A DNA stretch of 48,435 bases, from contig NIVC01004364.1 in assembly GCA_002269645.1 (NCBI GenBank), positions 1-48,435 on the forward strand, in the 5' to 3' direction. The stretch is from Macrostomum lignano (Eukaryota). The notes under the pieces were generated by a model. The model was not told the origin of the DNA and made no database searches. It saw only the letters and a program-made list of their open reading frames with translations. Of the stretch, positions 12,001-22,610 are shown piece after piece; the stretch's first letter is position 1, and each line of letters starts with the position of its first letter. The position numbers and the translations under genes were made by a program.

Positions 12001-15000
12001 GTCCAGCAGACTCTGGACGCCATGAAAGCGGAATTTGCCGCCATGAACGAAGAGCACGAGCGGCTCATGCGCGAATTCGCCACCAAGATTGACGGAATGA
12101 CAGAGGCCTACACCAGCGCGACAAAGTCTGCCAAGTAAGCGCTTTTGGTACTGCGGCGCACTTCTATTGATATAAAACTTGCGCGAACTTGAGCAAGAAA
12201 CTTAACTGTGCATTGCTTCAGTTCACCCAGCTGTAAAATGGGTGCCAGCATTAGCTGGGTTAATTGAGGTTGTGTGTAGCGACCCCCCAGTCCTTTGACT
12301 GAACAGCCGTACGAAGCCTTCAGATGCGCCTCGCAATAGCTGCGGCTGAGCTGTCGGTTGCACACCTTTTATTAGTAATTTTATTATCAAATAAAGCAAG
12401 CCTTTTCTGGATGTCCAGGTAGCGTACAGCTTCTGTGTATTCAAGTAGTATCATGACTAGTAGCATACATAGCATAGTGCTGCCTCCCACCAAAGTAACT
12501 GTTGAAGCAACAACACCTGAACCGCTTGTGGAAATTTGGTTTCAACTTACGCAGACTCGTCACGCTCAGCTCACAGTGCACCACCGAGGTGGAGACTCTC
12601 ATGGAGGGCATTCGCACCAGCCTGCGCAAATTCCGCCAGGGCCTTGACAACAAGCTCCAGATGCTTCGCGAGGCTAACGCCAGGTTTGTCAAGTCGTTCA
12701 AGCTATTCTCCGAGGGCGGAAACTTCTGCCCGGAGGAGGTTGACGACTACCGCAAGCGGCTGGACAAGATGACGAGCCGAGTGGACGCGGCGGAGTCCAG
12801 CATCCTGTCCGAGTTGGAGGGAATGGAGAAGAAACGGTTGGACGCGGCTAATGCAAAAGTTCGCGAATTCGAAGAGCAGTTCCGAAACCACATGGTGGAC
12901 CTGGTGTTCATGGAGAAGGTGGCGCGGTGGCTCACCAACACTCAGGTACGCAAAAATGAGTACAAATTTTGAGATGATCGAGGAATGACATTCTGCGCTG
13001 ACATAAATAGAAATTTGAACGCGCGTGCGCTGTCTCATTAGATGATCAACTTTTCTATGTACTAATTTGTTCATAAAGGCAGGAAGTCCAAAGCTAAGCC
13101 AAACTTTCGCATCAATTTCAATTCTCAGGTCAAAATCAAAGCGGAGGTGTCTGACAGCAACTCGCAATCGTTAAAGCTCGTGGAGACTCTGGACAGCCTT
13201 GCCAAACGCGTGGACGCCTGCGCCCGGCCGAACCTGGACAAGGAGACCGTCCGACCCGAGGACCTCTACGGCGGGCTGCACGATATCTTTGACATGTTCA
13301 ACGATCGGAGCGTCTACTTGAACTGCATCGGCACGCAGAAGCCGCCGCCTGTGGTTGTCACTGTTGACGAAGCTACAGCCGCGGCACCAGCCGCCGGGAG
13401 TTCGAGCTCTCCGGAAGCTGCCGGAATTGGCGGGACCGCGACAAGCAGGTAAATGTCACAGGCAAAGTGTTTAACTTTTCATTTCTAAAAGTGTTATAGC
13501 ATTAGGGCAAGATGAATGCTCAGAAATAACACCATATACTTTGTGCTTTCTTGATCTTTATGGTGAGACACAACTAGGTGAGAAATTTCTTACGTCCTAT
13601 TGGATGTCGTGTCGGAGAGCCTTTAAAACCACAACTTATTTGCCACTCCTGCAGGCAACAGCAGATAGTGCGGCTGCCCAGCACCCAGCCGACTCCAGTG
13701 AGCCGGCCCGGCAAGCAGCCGCCCGAGGAACCGTCAGCCGGGGTCATCAAGCGCATCATGCGCACCCAGCGAGCGCGAGCGCACGGCGGCTCCGAGGTGG
13801 TGATCGAGGCTGACCGAGACGAAGCCGGAGGCGCTGGCGGCGGTGCCGGCGGCCTGGCCGGTGCCAAAGACAGAAAGCTGGCAGCCAGAAAGAAGAAACC
13901 TGGAGATGCAGAGCCCCAACAGGAGCAGCAGGTGAGTTTGAGACACTAAGAAATTCAGTGGATGACTTGCCTCTAGACAGATACTCAGATTCGATACTCA
14001 GATCGAACTTTTATAAGCAAACTTGGTTTGTCAATTTTGCAGACATCGCAGGCAGCTGGCACAGGTGACAACACGCACACTCCGTCGCTGCAAGGTCCGG
14101 GCCACGCCTCGGTCACCAAGATGGCGTCGAGACGCGAGTCTGGGGAGCCGCAGCAGCAGCAGCAGCCGACGGGAGGCGGTGGAGGCGGCGCTCATCCGCC
14201 AGTGAACCGCAGGACATCAGCGTGAGTTCTTCGTTACCAGGGCTGTCTTGGGCGACAAGAATTAAAGCAATAGGAACTGCATCATATTTGGCAAAGTAGT
14301 TTGTTTATTTTCTCCTAAGTTCATAACACAATGCCCTGTCTTTGTTTATGAGCTTTCTCTTTTCCCTTGTTTTAGTGGTTTTTATTTTCTAAAATTTGCC
14401 ATCGACTCGTCTTCCAGCCGAGGCCGGCCCGTCGTGTACTTTACCTGGAGAACTGTCTCCATGCAAGTTTCCGACTCAACCATAAAACCCGTATTGCCTC
14501 TAGAATGTGACTGTACCGTGATATTGGCATTTTCATTAGCAAGCCCAGACTTAGCTGACTTAGACTTACATAACACATTGAGTAGGAAAATTTTACACTA
14601 CCTATTATTACAGCACCATACTAACTTATTAGGGCAGGTAAAATGCTTTCAAATTTGTCTTACTTTGGAAGCTGACCCAACTTGGGACGATGAGCTCTGG
14701 TTTATCCAGCATCTTCGTTAGCTCAACCAGCTCGATGCAGCTTCATAAGCTGCCGGAAGTCTTCCAGCATTGGTTCGAATCTCTCCACTTTAAAGGGCCG
14801 GCATTCGAAACTCGACTGGTCGGCAGAGCAGCCGCATCAGCACCATCCAGGAGGCCTCGGCAGGCGGTGGCCACATGCTGCAGGACCTGAAGGCTCTCGT
14901 AGAGAAGGAGCTGCAGGATGCCATGGCGTAATCAACAGTCGAATCTGTTTTTTATTTTCAAATAGTTTGAGCACACAAAGCCAGTTGCTTGTTTTTGCTA

Positions 15001-17191
15001 TTCTTCATTTATAATTAAATCAATTTTATTCGATATTTTTGCACCTTAGCTGAAAGTAAACTAAATTTTTCCTGTTCAAATTTATTTCATTTTTGCACAT
15101 GTCTGTCTGTTGGCTCTTTCACAAGAGTAGTAGTAAGACCGACTTTCCTACAGATGCACTTCTGATTGCTTGTGAAGCCTTTCATTTTTATTATGGTTTG
15201 GTCGAATAATTATTTACGCGTAAATTTAAGTACTTTCATCTGGCTTTTTTGGAAAAAAAGTTCTAAGAGTACTGGTTAAGTTTGTCCTGATCGGTTTTCA
15301 ACCCTTTTCTTCAAACTGCCAGTTCGCGCAAGTTTGTTGCCAAAAACCAGCGCCTAGACAAAAAGTACATGGTGTTCGGCGAGGGCGAGGACCCGGCTGA
15401 GGCGCAGCATTTCCTTGGCCGAGTCAGGCGGATCTGCCGAGAGGCTCTGGACGGCATGCTGCTGGCTGCCGAGCTGTACTACCGGCAGAAGGGCAGCCGG
15501 CCAGTCACCCGGCCTCAGGCGCTGCACGAGACCTTCGACCAGTGCTCGGAGGTGATTATCTCGAAGCTGCAGGTGAGCGAGAACCTTCTGTCTTCGTAGA
15601 AACAATTGTCTAAACTCTGTAATGTGACACGCCTTCTTGCTTAATGTGAAGTTTTCTGTCTTCGATCCGATATGTCGTTGCGTTTGGACTCCGCTTAATC
15701 AATGAGTCAATCACCTAAAATGTTTCGGATTGTTTGTCACCTACAGTGACTCCAACTCGCAACTCCGCGCATCCGCAGGCCTATTTCGGCCAGGCGGACG
15801 CCTATCACAACTCCTGCGTGATCGAGCTGCGCAACCAGCTCGAACGACTCGAACGCCTTGCCGAGCAAATCCCGCGACTGGCCTTCGAGGATCTCTACAA
15901 CCGCTGCGTCCAATCGGTGCGCGCCGGACTCGACAGGCTGTCCGCCGAGGCGGCGTCAGCACTGACGGAGCTGGAGCAACGACGGCGCAAACACGAGGAG
16001 ACGCTGTCGCCGGCACTTGGCCATCCGGAGCGTCTGCACCGTCTGGAGGCTGTCTGCCGCGCCGAGCAGCAGCGCCACGAGGAGCTCCTAGCCGCCCTGG
16101 CCGCACTGAAGACCGACAAGCAGGTGCGTCTATGATCTGTTTAGTCCTGTGAGAGTCTGTTCCGTGGCCAAACTAAAGGAAAGGTCACTAACTGAGAGCT
16201 AGATAGTTAAAGCTACTTGGTGCCGAACAAGCATGTATTTGGCGCAAGTCCTTTTACCTGGGTCTCTCATGGTAACGATAGTTTGTTCGCACTGGAAATG
16301 CACTCGTAATGTAGGGCTTACATACTCTGTCTATGAGCTACGAGCTATAAAAGTATTGAATTTCAGACCCTTATTCCGGCAAATTATTTAACATCCGTTA
16401 TTTAAATACGACTCCTACTATCATTCTTTTAGTAAACAAAACATCTCTTTTAGTAACTAGTGACGAGTAACTTGACAAATACTGGACTCTTTCCAGCCAA
16501 TCTAAAAGAATTCGTTAACAACGCGGAATCAGACAGAAAGACAGGAAGTGTCAACCCAATAGATTACTCGGATTTCGTGCTAATTTAAGGCTTGTCACTT
16601 GCTGAGAACCCAGCCTGAGAATGCCAGTCCCTCAATGCAATGATAGCGCTCATAAGAGCAATTGCCGCCGCATTTCCGCACTCCACCACGCCACCGCAGG
16701 AGCTGGTAGTCCGCGAGGCCGACTCCTTTGCCAGCCAGGTCAGCCAGCTGTCCGAGCTGCTCTTCATCAAGCTAGACAGCCTCCTCACAGCCGACGAAGT
16801 TGAACGCGGCCGCGTCCCACCCGACCTGCTGCCCACTGCCGACCTGCTGCGCAAGCAGATGGCCGGCGAGCCGCTGCACGACCCCAACAAGGACCAGCTG
16901 ATCCCGCGGGGCAAAGCCAACTGGTCCGGCCTGCCGCTCAACGAGTTCCAGCCGCCTGAGCAGCAGCCGCCCAAGACTCTGCGCTGCGCCACCCTGACCG
17001 TGACGGCCAAGACCACCATGGCGCACAACGAGACGGACAAGGCTCGCAGGGAGTTCTACGCCGCGTTTAAGGAATTCTTCTACGAAGTGATGGAGGAGAT
17101 CCGACGAGCTGCTGCGGAGGCTGACACCCTCGAGGCCAGATGGTTTGACAACTGGCAGAAGTCGGTGCAGAGAATTCGAGAGCTCTACTGA
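1..17191 (+). CDS. CCDC180: Coiled-coil domain-containing protein 180-like, multi-exon, 5' end outside the window
   Basis: Exons joined by GT-AG with consistent phases: 1-14, 769-1095, 1522-1829, 2675-2851, 3358-3569, 3783-4203, 5026-5130, 6762-6845, 10716-11008, 11778-12134, 12555-12945, 13129-13448, 13655-13931, 14043-14221, 14796-14927, 15323-15572, 15779-16123, ~16628-17191 (about 1580 codons). Helical protein with segments I recall from CCDC180: SDVIDRIKEKRRERH, HLHLHEPRARRAELDVHNVRAAEL, DKKYMVFGE and C-terminal WFDNWQKSVQRIRELY*. Needs three 1-nt frameshift corrections (~1023, ~2804, ~3855). Confidence 0.85.
387..680 (+). mobile_element. tRNA-derived CORE-type SINE, copy A
   Basis: Head gaggggttgtagcc with a B-box-like ggttcgattc, core ttgagcaagacacttaac...gtaatatggg resembling the MIR CORE, and a tail shared with the copies at 6318 and 12189. 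Confidence 0.75.
769..1095 (+). CDS. CCDC180: CCDC180 exon (frameshift near 1023)
   Basis: ccag| acceptor and |gtgagc donor. Reads VRPSKLRSDVIDRIKEKRRERH...DQHQL, then LWQGVAEVFADRRNAIGSLDEDLL in another frame. Confidence 0.75.
1522..1829 (+). CDS. CCDC180: CCDC180 exon
   Basis: Phase 1 in, phase 0 out. LESDRVTEIRRVFHSYSEVL...FHQFVQSPQ|gtaag. Confidence 0.8.
1975..2651. repeat. 32-bp minisatellite (gtgccgcctcgatccacctcgaatactttgat)n
   Basis: About 20 units, degenerate at the left end and homogeneous at the right, ending ~25 bp before an exon acceptor. Confidence 0.95.
2675..2851 (+). CDS. CCDC180: CCDC180 exon (frameshift near 2804)
   Basis: VQSPPSLESILSNMRAEQ...PPNACK, then VAAWHQKMQQVCKML|gtaag. 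The shift is needed to match the phase of the next exon. Confidence 0.7.
3358..3569 (+). CDS. CCDC180: CCDC180 exon
   Basis: ttcag| DETNQKYLQQVYEDYERVCQHC...RLEAMD |gtgagc. Confidence 0.8.
3783..4203 (+). CDS. CCDC180: CCDC180 exon (frameshift near 3855)
   Basis: RLFEANAKRIGVQLKSLYKLAQG, then HLWDRHQLDL...CEYFGLERADKKK|gtgagc. Confidence 0.75.
4365..4895. repeat. 23-bp minisatellite with an A-B-B higher-order pattern
   Basis: Units ctgactcacagc(a/t)gtgacacctc (A) and ctgacacacagttgtggcgcctc (B). Confidence 0.93.
5970..6330. repeat. 15-bp minisatellite (cctgaggggttgtag)n
   Basis: About 24 units running directly into the head of SINE copy B. Confidence 0.95.
6318..6630 (+). mobile_element. 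tRNA-derived CORE-type SINE, copy B (full length)
   Basis: A box tagcctagttg, B box ggttcgattcc, gtgtccttgagcaagacacttaac...cagttcacccagctgtaaaatggg (CORE-like), ending in an (aat)n-like tail. Confidence 0.8.
7232..9152 (-). CDS. Arrestin domain-containing protein (alpha-arrestin type) nested antisense in a CCDC180 intron
   Basis: Arrestin_N hallmarks (VYSPGELLTGHVRLEL, LSPGEHVFPFACDLPFELPATFTGSYGNVSYLVKV) and Arrestin_C hallmarks (RAYDIGDNIFVNLNLINSS, PPSGLPNSSIIGVRYWL), followed by a Q/P/G-rich tail. Exons 9152-8334 and 8249-7232 with an 84-nt GT-AG intron. Two homopolymer frameshifts (~8638, ~8229). Confidence 0.85.
10055..10575. repeat. 31-33-bp minisatellite (gagaggcggattcagggactgaggctgagcg)n
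   Basis: Direct inspection; intronic. Confidence 0.93.
10716..13448 (+). CDS. CCDC180: CCDC180 central exons (10716-11008, 11778-12134, 12555-12945, 13129-13448)
   Basis: Phase-consistent GT-AG exons including FTSRG, HLHEPRARRAELDVHNVRAAEL, FSEGGNFCPEEV and WLTNTQ|VKIKAEV. Confidence 0.85.
11120..11668 (+). mobile_element. Possible retroposon carrying an internal 29-bp tandem expansion
   Basis: GC-rich structured body ending in aacaacaacaaacaaaa, inside a CCDC180 intron. Single copy in the window. Confidence 0.35.
11157..11478. repeat. 29-bp minisatellite (ctcctgattccactatgggttggcggtgt)n
   Basis: About 11 near-identical units. Confidence 0.95.
12189..12366 (+). mobile_element. 5'-truncated CORE-type SINE, copy C
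   Basis: Core and tail match copies A and B, with no tRNA head. Confidence 0.75.
15323..17191 (+). CDS. CCDC180: CCDC180 C-terminal exons (15323-15572, 15779-16123, ~16628-17191), DUF4456-like region
   Basis: LDKKYMVFGE, AYFGQADAYHNSCVIELRNQL and WQKSVQRIRELY*. The acceptor of the last exon is uncertain. Confidence 0.82.
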
Positions 17192-18060
17192 TGAGGCAGC
17201 TCGGACCTCAGCATGGCTATTTTGCTTTGAATCTTGACCCGAAACAGCATCAACTGAATTTGAATTCCTGCGTGCTCTGATTTTCAGTTTTGAAAATTTA
17301 TCTATTTTTCATCGCTTTTGTCAGTGAGAAAGCTTATATTACTACTTAGGTCAGCCTACTTTCACAAACTTTTTCCCAAATACGTAAGAAAAAAGTTATG
17401 ATTGGGTGTTGGTTAAAAATTGATGACTAATTTAAACATACTCAAAAACAGACATGTGTTACGTAACTGCTCATCACTGTTTTTCGATAACAATTTTATA
17501 ATATACCATGGATTTTTATGATCGCGATAGATCACCTGGTTGAAATCTAAAATAAAATTCTATGAATTTAACTGCCGTCTACTCATTTTCTAAAACAAAA
17601 AAGCACGATTTACATTTTACTGCTTCTGATACATGATACTCTCAGTTGACTTTTGCATTTTCGCATTTTTTGTTAATACAAAAAGCAACTAATGCTCTGA
17701 AAATTAGATGAAAATCTTCTACAAGCAAAGAAAGAAGAAAAAAATTCCGGATTTTTCGCGCAGACGTCGCCGAGAAAAATCGGCTTCCGCAAACTGCAAC
17801 AACGGAAATTGCCAACAGTCCGCTCGCCAAGACTCCTCCCCGATGCCACAATGTCTGTTGCTATGGGGTGGCTCCCACCGAGCGTTTCTATTGTGTTTCT
17901 TCCCAACCATAAAAACTCCTGCTGCAAACGAAGCAAAAGGGGTTTAAAACTTCTTATTGTCTATAGAAGCAGTGCCATTTATGAAGCTAGACTTGAAAAC
18001 TACCGAGACAAAACCTAAACCTAAAGCAGCAAGGCGACAGCCATTTCTATCCAGCAGAGC

Positions 18061-19081
18061 ATGCGCCCGGTAAGCGCTCTGGCAGCCGTGTGGTTCCTGA
18101 CACTCGCTGCAGTCCAGCTTATCGGGTGCCAGGCCAGTGCTGGAATATCAAAATGGAAATTCAGTCCGGGGAGACTCTTCGACTACGAGCTCGCGAAGTC
18201 GCTTTCAGCTCAGTCCAAAATCGAGTGCACTGTCGCTGCCACCGGTGACCCCGCTGTGCAGCTGGTGGCGTTCAACGCCAGCTCCGGCCTGTGCGCTCAC
18301 TTCAGGTGTCGCCTGGGCCTGAGCCACTGCAGGAAGTGCCGTGCTGCGAACAAGGGAGCTCAGCGAGTGTGGGTGAGTGACAAAAATCCACTCCTAAAAT
18401 TCGAGTATTATGTTTGCTAAACCAACCCACTTGTTTTCTGTTGCAGACAGCCGGCAGTGACTGCTGGACCACCGTGCAGCACAGGGTGTCCGGCTCAGTG
18501 GAATTTTACCGCAACTGGACTCAGTACCAGAGCGAGTTCGGCGAGGGACCCGACGGAAACTACTGGATCGGTGAGTGCATCCCAGATCTGCTCCATTCGC
18601 TTCCTTTTCCAACTCGGACTTCAATGACAAACACCGCCATGACGTCCGCATCTTCCAAGGCCTGAACTCTCTCCACGCTCTCACTGCTTCTGGTCCTCGG
18701 AAGCTGAGGATCCTGATGAAGGCGTGGAACGACTCTGAGCACTGGGCTGAGTACTCCAGCTTCTCCGTGGGTCCCGAGTCGGACAACTACCGGCTGAGCG
18801 TGTCCGGCTTCTCCGGCAGCGCCGGCGTCGGCAACTCGATGTCTCGCAACAATGGCCGCCAATTCTCGACCAGAGACGCTGATCACGACACCTATCACCA
18901 AAACTGTGCGGACAAGTTTTTCGGAGCCTGGTGGTTCTCAGATTGCTCTGATTCATTCCCCAATGGACAATACCGAGATTTCAGTGCGGCCATTGGAGGC
19001 CCATTTGTTGAAGGCGTCATCTGGCGGTATCCGTTCGGCTCCACCTACTCACTGAAAGAATTTGAAATGCTAATTCTTTAA
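18061..19081 (+). CDS. Secreted PAN/apple-like + fibrinogen-related domain protein, copy 1
   Basis: Exons 18061-18372, 18447-18570, 18660-19081 splice to an open 285-aa protein. Hydrophobic signal peptide. FBG motifs [55 protein letters not shown] and YSLK. Confidence 0.9.
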
Positions 19082-19438
19082 AATTGGGCCTTTGGAGCAT
19101 CGGGATCAATTGACTCTGTTGAATACACACTGTCCTAGTGATTAGGCAATGCTATCAGAAAAAAATTAATAACTATATTTTGTGAGAAGCGATCAATATA
19201 TGACAGAAAAACTTTGCAAAAAACTTGTTTGCAGTCAAGCGCATCACCAGAATCCTTTGATTTGTCTTAACCTAATCATAAATACATTTTAGTGACATCT
19301 TGACATCTAAAAGGACAACTAAGTAAAGACATGAAATCTAGAAGCTATTGCTGATAAATCGACTACTTAGTAACAAATAGGAGCCACCTGCAAGGCATGA
19401 AACTTAAAACTTGGTACCCCTGCCGGCGTGACCCACTT

Positions 19439-19689
19439 TAGGGATGTTCGGGTTCGGGTTTCGGGTCGGGTTTTGGCACCGGGTTCGGGGTTCGGGGTAG
19501 GCGTTCGGGTCGGGTTCGGGTTCGGTAGGGTGTTCGGGTCGGGTTCGGGTTCGGTAGGGTGTTCGGGTCGGGTTCGGGTTCGGTAGGGTGTTCGGGTCGG
19601 GTTCGGGTTCGGTAGGGTGTTCGGGTCGGGATCGGGGTTCGGCGTTAGAGCTACCCGAACCCGAAAAAATGGAAACCCGAACACCCCTA
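19439..19689. mobile_element. hAT-type MITE with internal (gggttc)-rich repeats
   Basis: TIRs tagggatgttcgggtt / aacccgaacaccccta and an exact 8-bp TSD acccactt at 19431-19438 and 19690-19697. Confidence 0.85.
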
Positions 19690-20159
19690 ACCCACTTCTA
19701 GGCGTGTTGAGCCCTAGGGTGACTGGAACCCGTTCTACGAGTATAACAGCAAAGAGCACAAGTGGAAAAAGTTCCCTTTGAAGATATGCTTTGAAGATAT
19801 TCCCTACATCTATACTTCTTGCTTCGACTTACTGCTATGCAGGCAGTTTTGACTATTGAAGAAATATCTTAGCAGAATTCAGCGAGCGTCAACGACTGCT
19901 TTCTTTCGCTTCCCAGGGTGATTCAAACTTCTTTCATGGATCAGAACAAAAGCTGCCAGGAAGCGAAGCCAGCAACAGCCTACTCCCTTTGGCTTTTGTT
20001 TCTCTTTGTATCTGCTGTCCATTGTTTCCCGGTTCCGGCAAGGCATCCGTCAGCAATCGCTATTTTTAGTAACGTTTGCAGCTTCTCAACCTGGCTCGTT
20101 CAGTGCTCCAAGCAAACACTTTTTCGCCTCAGCTGCTAGCAAATTTCTGCTCTATTATT

Positions 20160-20958
20160 CAATCTACAGCAATCCACAGAAATTCACAGCAATCCACAGT
20201 AATCCACAGCAATCCACAGCAATCCACAGCAATCCACAGCAATCCACAGCAATCCACAGCAATCCAAAGAAATCCACAGCGATCCACAGCAATCTACAGC
20301 AATCCACAGAAATTCACAGCAATCCACAGCAATCCACAGCAATCTACAGCAATCCACAGCAATCCACAGCAATCCACAGCAATCCACAACAATCCACAGC
20401 AATCCACAGCAATCCACAGAAATCCACAGCAATCCACAGCAATCCAAAGAAATCCACAGCGATCCACAGCAATCTACAGCAATCCACAGAAATTCACAGC
20501 AATCCACAGCAATCCACAGCAATCCACAGCAATCCACAGCAATCCACAGCAATCTACAGCAATCCACAGCAATCCACAACAATCCACAGCAATCCACAAC
20601 AATCCACAGCAATCCACAGCAATCCACAGAAATCCACAGCAATCCACAGCAATCCACAGCAATCCACAGCAATCCACAGAAATCCACAGCAATCCAAAGA
20701 AATCCAAAGAAATCCACAGCGATCCACAGCAATCCACAGAAATCCACAAAAATCCACAGAAATCCACAGCAATCCACAGAAATCCACAGCAATCCACAGC
20801 AATCCACAGCAATCCACAGCAATCCACAGCAATCCACAGCAATCCACAGCAATCCACAGCAATCCACAGCAATCCACAGCAATCCACAGCAATCCACAGC
20901 AATCCACAGCAATCCACAGAAATCCACAGCAATCCACAGAAATCCACAGCAATCCACA
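20160..20958. repeat. 10-bp minisatellite (caatccacag)n
   Basis: About 80 units between FReD copies 1 and 2; explains the long track ORFs here. Confidence 0.97.
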
Positions 20959-21612
20959 TCAACATACTTCTGGGCTTCCTCACAGAGCACTTCCGAAGCT
21001 TAAGCTAGAGATGCTAAATAGGCAGGTTGCTGGTCATTATTTTGGGGGAAAAATGGATATGAACTTCAACTTTTGTTTCAAGGGACGCCCTGATCCACTG
21101 GTCACATTAGTCACTACAGTTGATGCAGTCGTAGCGCAGGATGAACGCGCATTATCTCTGAAACCTTTCAAAAAACTTCAAGAAGATATTATCGACTTTA
21201 GATTTTTATAGTAGGTCAGAAAAAGTCAACTTTTTATGTGATCTTACCGCTTTATTTAAGTGTGCACTTTCAAACGTCTTGAGAGAACAAAAAATCTTAA
21301 CAAAAATTTCATTCTTATCAAAGAAACAGTTACAAGTTTAAAAGACTTTTTTTAAACTCAGGTTTTACAACTTCCGATTTTATCTATACGAGCCAGATTG
21401 AGGGTGCAGACAGAAAACAGGTTTACATCCAATTAAAATATTACATGTAAGATTGTTTTCATGTAAGTATTACATGTAAGAATGTCAGAATATTTCTGAT
21501 GTTTTTGTTTCGCTCAAGAGCCCTCATTTCGCTCAAAAAAAGTAAATAAATAATTAAATAGACGATAATCACTGGTCCTCATTGATACATTTTCCAAAAT
21601 CACCCACAGTAT

Positions 21613-22610
21613 CTAAAAGATCAGCATTTCAAACTTTTTCAATGAGTATTCCCTGTCGAAGGGATATTTCCAAAGAATTCCCAGATTAGGTGCACCACCA
21701 ATGGCTGAAGCGGAGTCCTTGTACTCTCCGTTCGGGTTGGTGTCAAAACAGTTGGAGAACCACCAGGCACTGACGAACCTCTCGGCGCAATTGTAGGTAG
21801 CTTGAACGTCATGGTCGGCGTCCTTGGTGGTGAACTGGAAGCCGTTGCTTCTGGCCAACGAGTCGCCGATGCCGGCGCTGCTGGAGAAGCCGGACACGCT
21901 CAGCCGGTAGTTGTCCGACTCGGGACCCACGGAGAAGCTGGAGTACTCAGCCCAGTGCTCAGAGTCGTTCCACGCCTTCATCAGGATCCTCAGCTTCCGA
22001 GGACCAGAAGCAGTGAGAGCGTGGAGAGAGTTCAGGCCTGGGAAGATGCGGACGTCATGGCGGTGTTTGTCATTGAAGTCCGAGTTGGAAAAGGAAGCGA
22101 ATGGAGCAGATCTGGGATGCACTCACCGATCCAGTAGTTTCCGTCGGGTCCCTCGCCGAACTCGCTCTGGTACTGAGTCCAGTTGCGGTAAAAGTCCACT
22201 GAGCCGGACACCCTGTGCTGCACGGTGGTCCAGCAGTCACTGCCGGCTGTCTGCAATGTAAAAAGATTTTTTGCTAAAGTGCCAATTCAGACTATGGGGA
22301 TGCAAAAGCTGCTGAACACAGGACTCACCCACACTTGATGATCTCCCTTGTTCGCATTGCGGCACTTCCTGCTGTGGCTCAGGCCCAGGCGACACCTGAA
22401 GTGAGCGCACAGGCCGGAGCTGGCGTTGAACGCCACCAGCTGCACAGCGGGGTCCGAGTCCGCAGTCGCCATGCAGCTGATGTCGCTCCGTCCCCAAAAC
22501 GAAGAAGCAGCCTCATAGTCGACCAGACCGTCTCGACTCAGCCGCCAAGTTCTCTTAGCTGAGACAACTCCGGCCACGCGGGGATTTAGAGCTGCGAACA
22601 GCAGGATCAT
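21613..22610 (-). CDS. PAN/apple-like + fibrinogen-related domain protein, copy 2
   Basis: Exons 22610-22329, 22250-22127, 22037-21613, intact frame (276 aa). Same motifs as copy 1. The signal peptide is weaker and an alternative start lies at 22637. Confidence 0.88.

Noticed and set aside
14690-14890. Exon starting at 14710 with a frameshift
   Set aside because: An aag acceptor at 14795 gives a phase-consistent open exon 14796-14927 with no frameshift.
16262-16276. RFX X-box-like gtctctcatggtaac (and a half-site at ~17858)
   Set aside because: It lies in the last intron or downstream rather than in a promoter, and such matches are expected by chance.
18571-18659. Track ORFs starting MHPRSAPF (18575, 22122) and MILFIF (25189, 28132) as separate genes
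   Set aside because: They start inside intron 2; splicing YWI|G|LN restores the canonical FBG motif.
20006-21211. 401-aa, 310-aa and 268-aa ORFs
   Set aside because: They arise from the stop-free (caatccacag)n decamer, and the flanking unique parts show no recognisable domain or splice structure.
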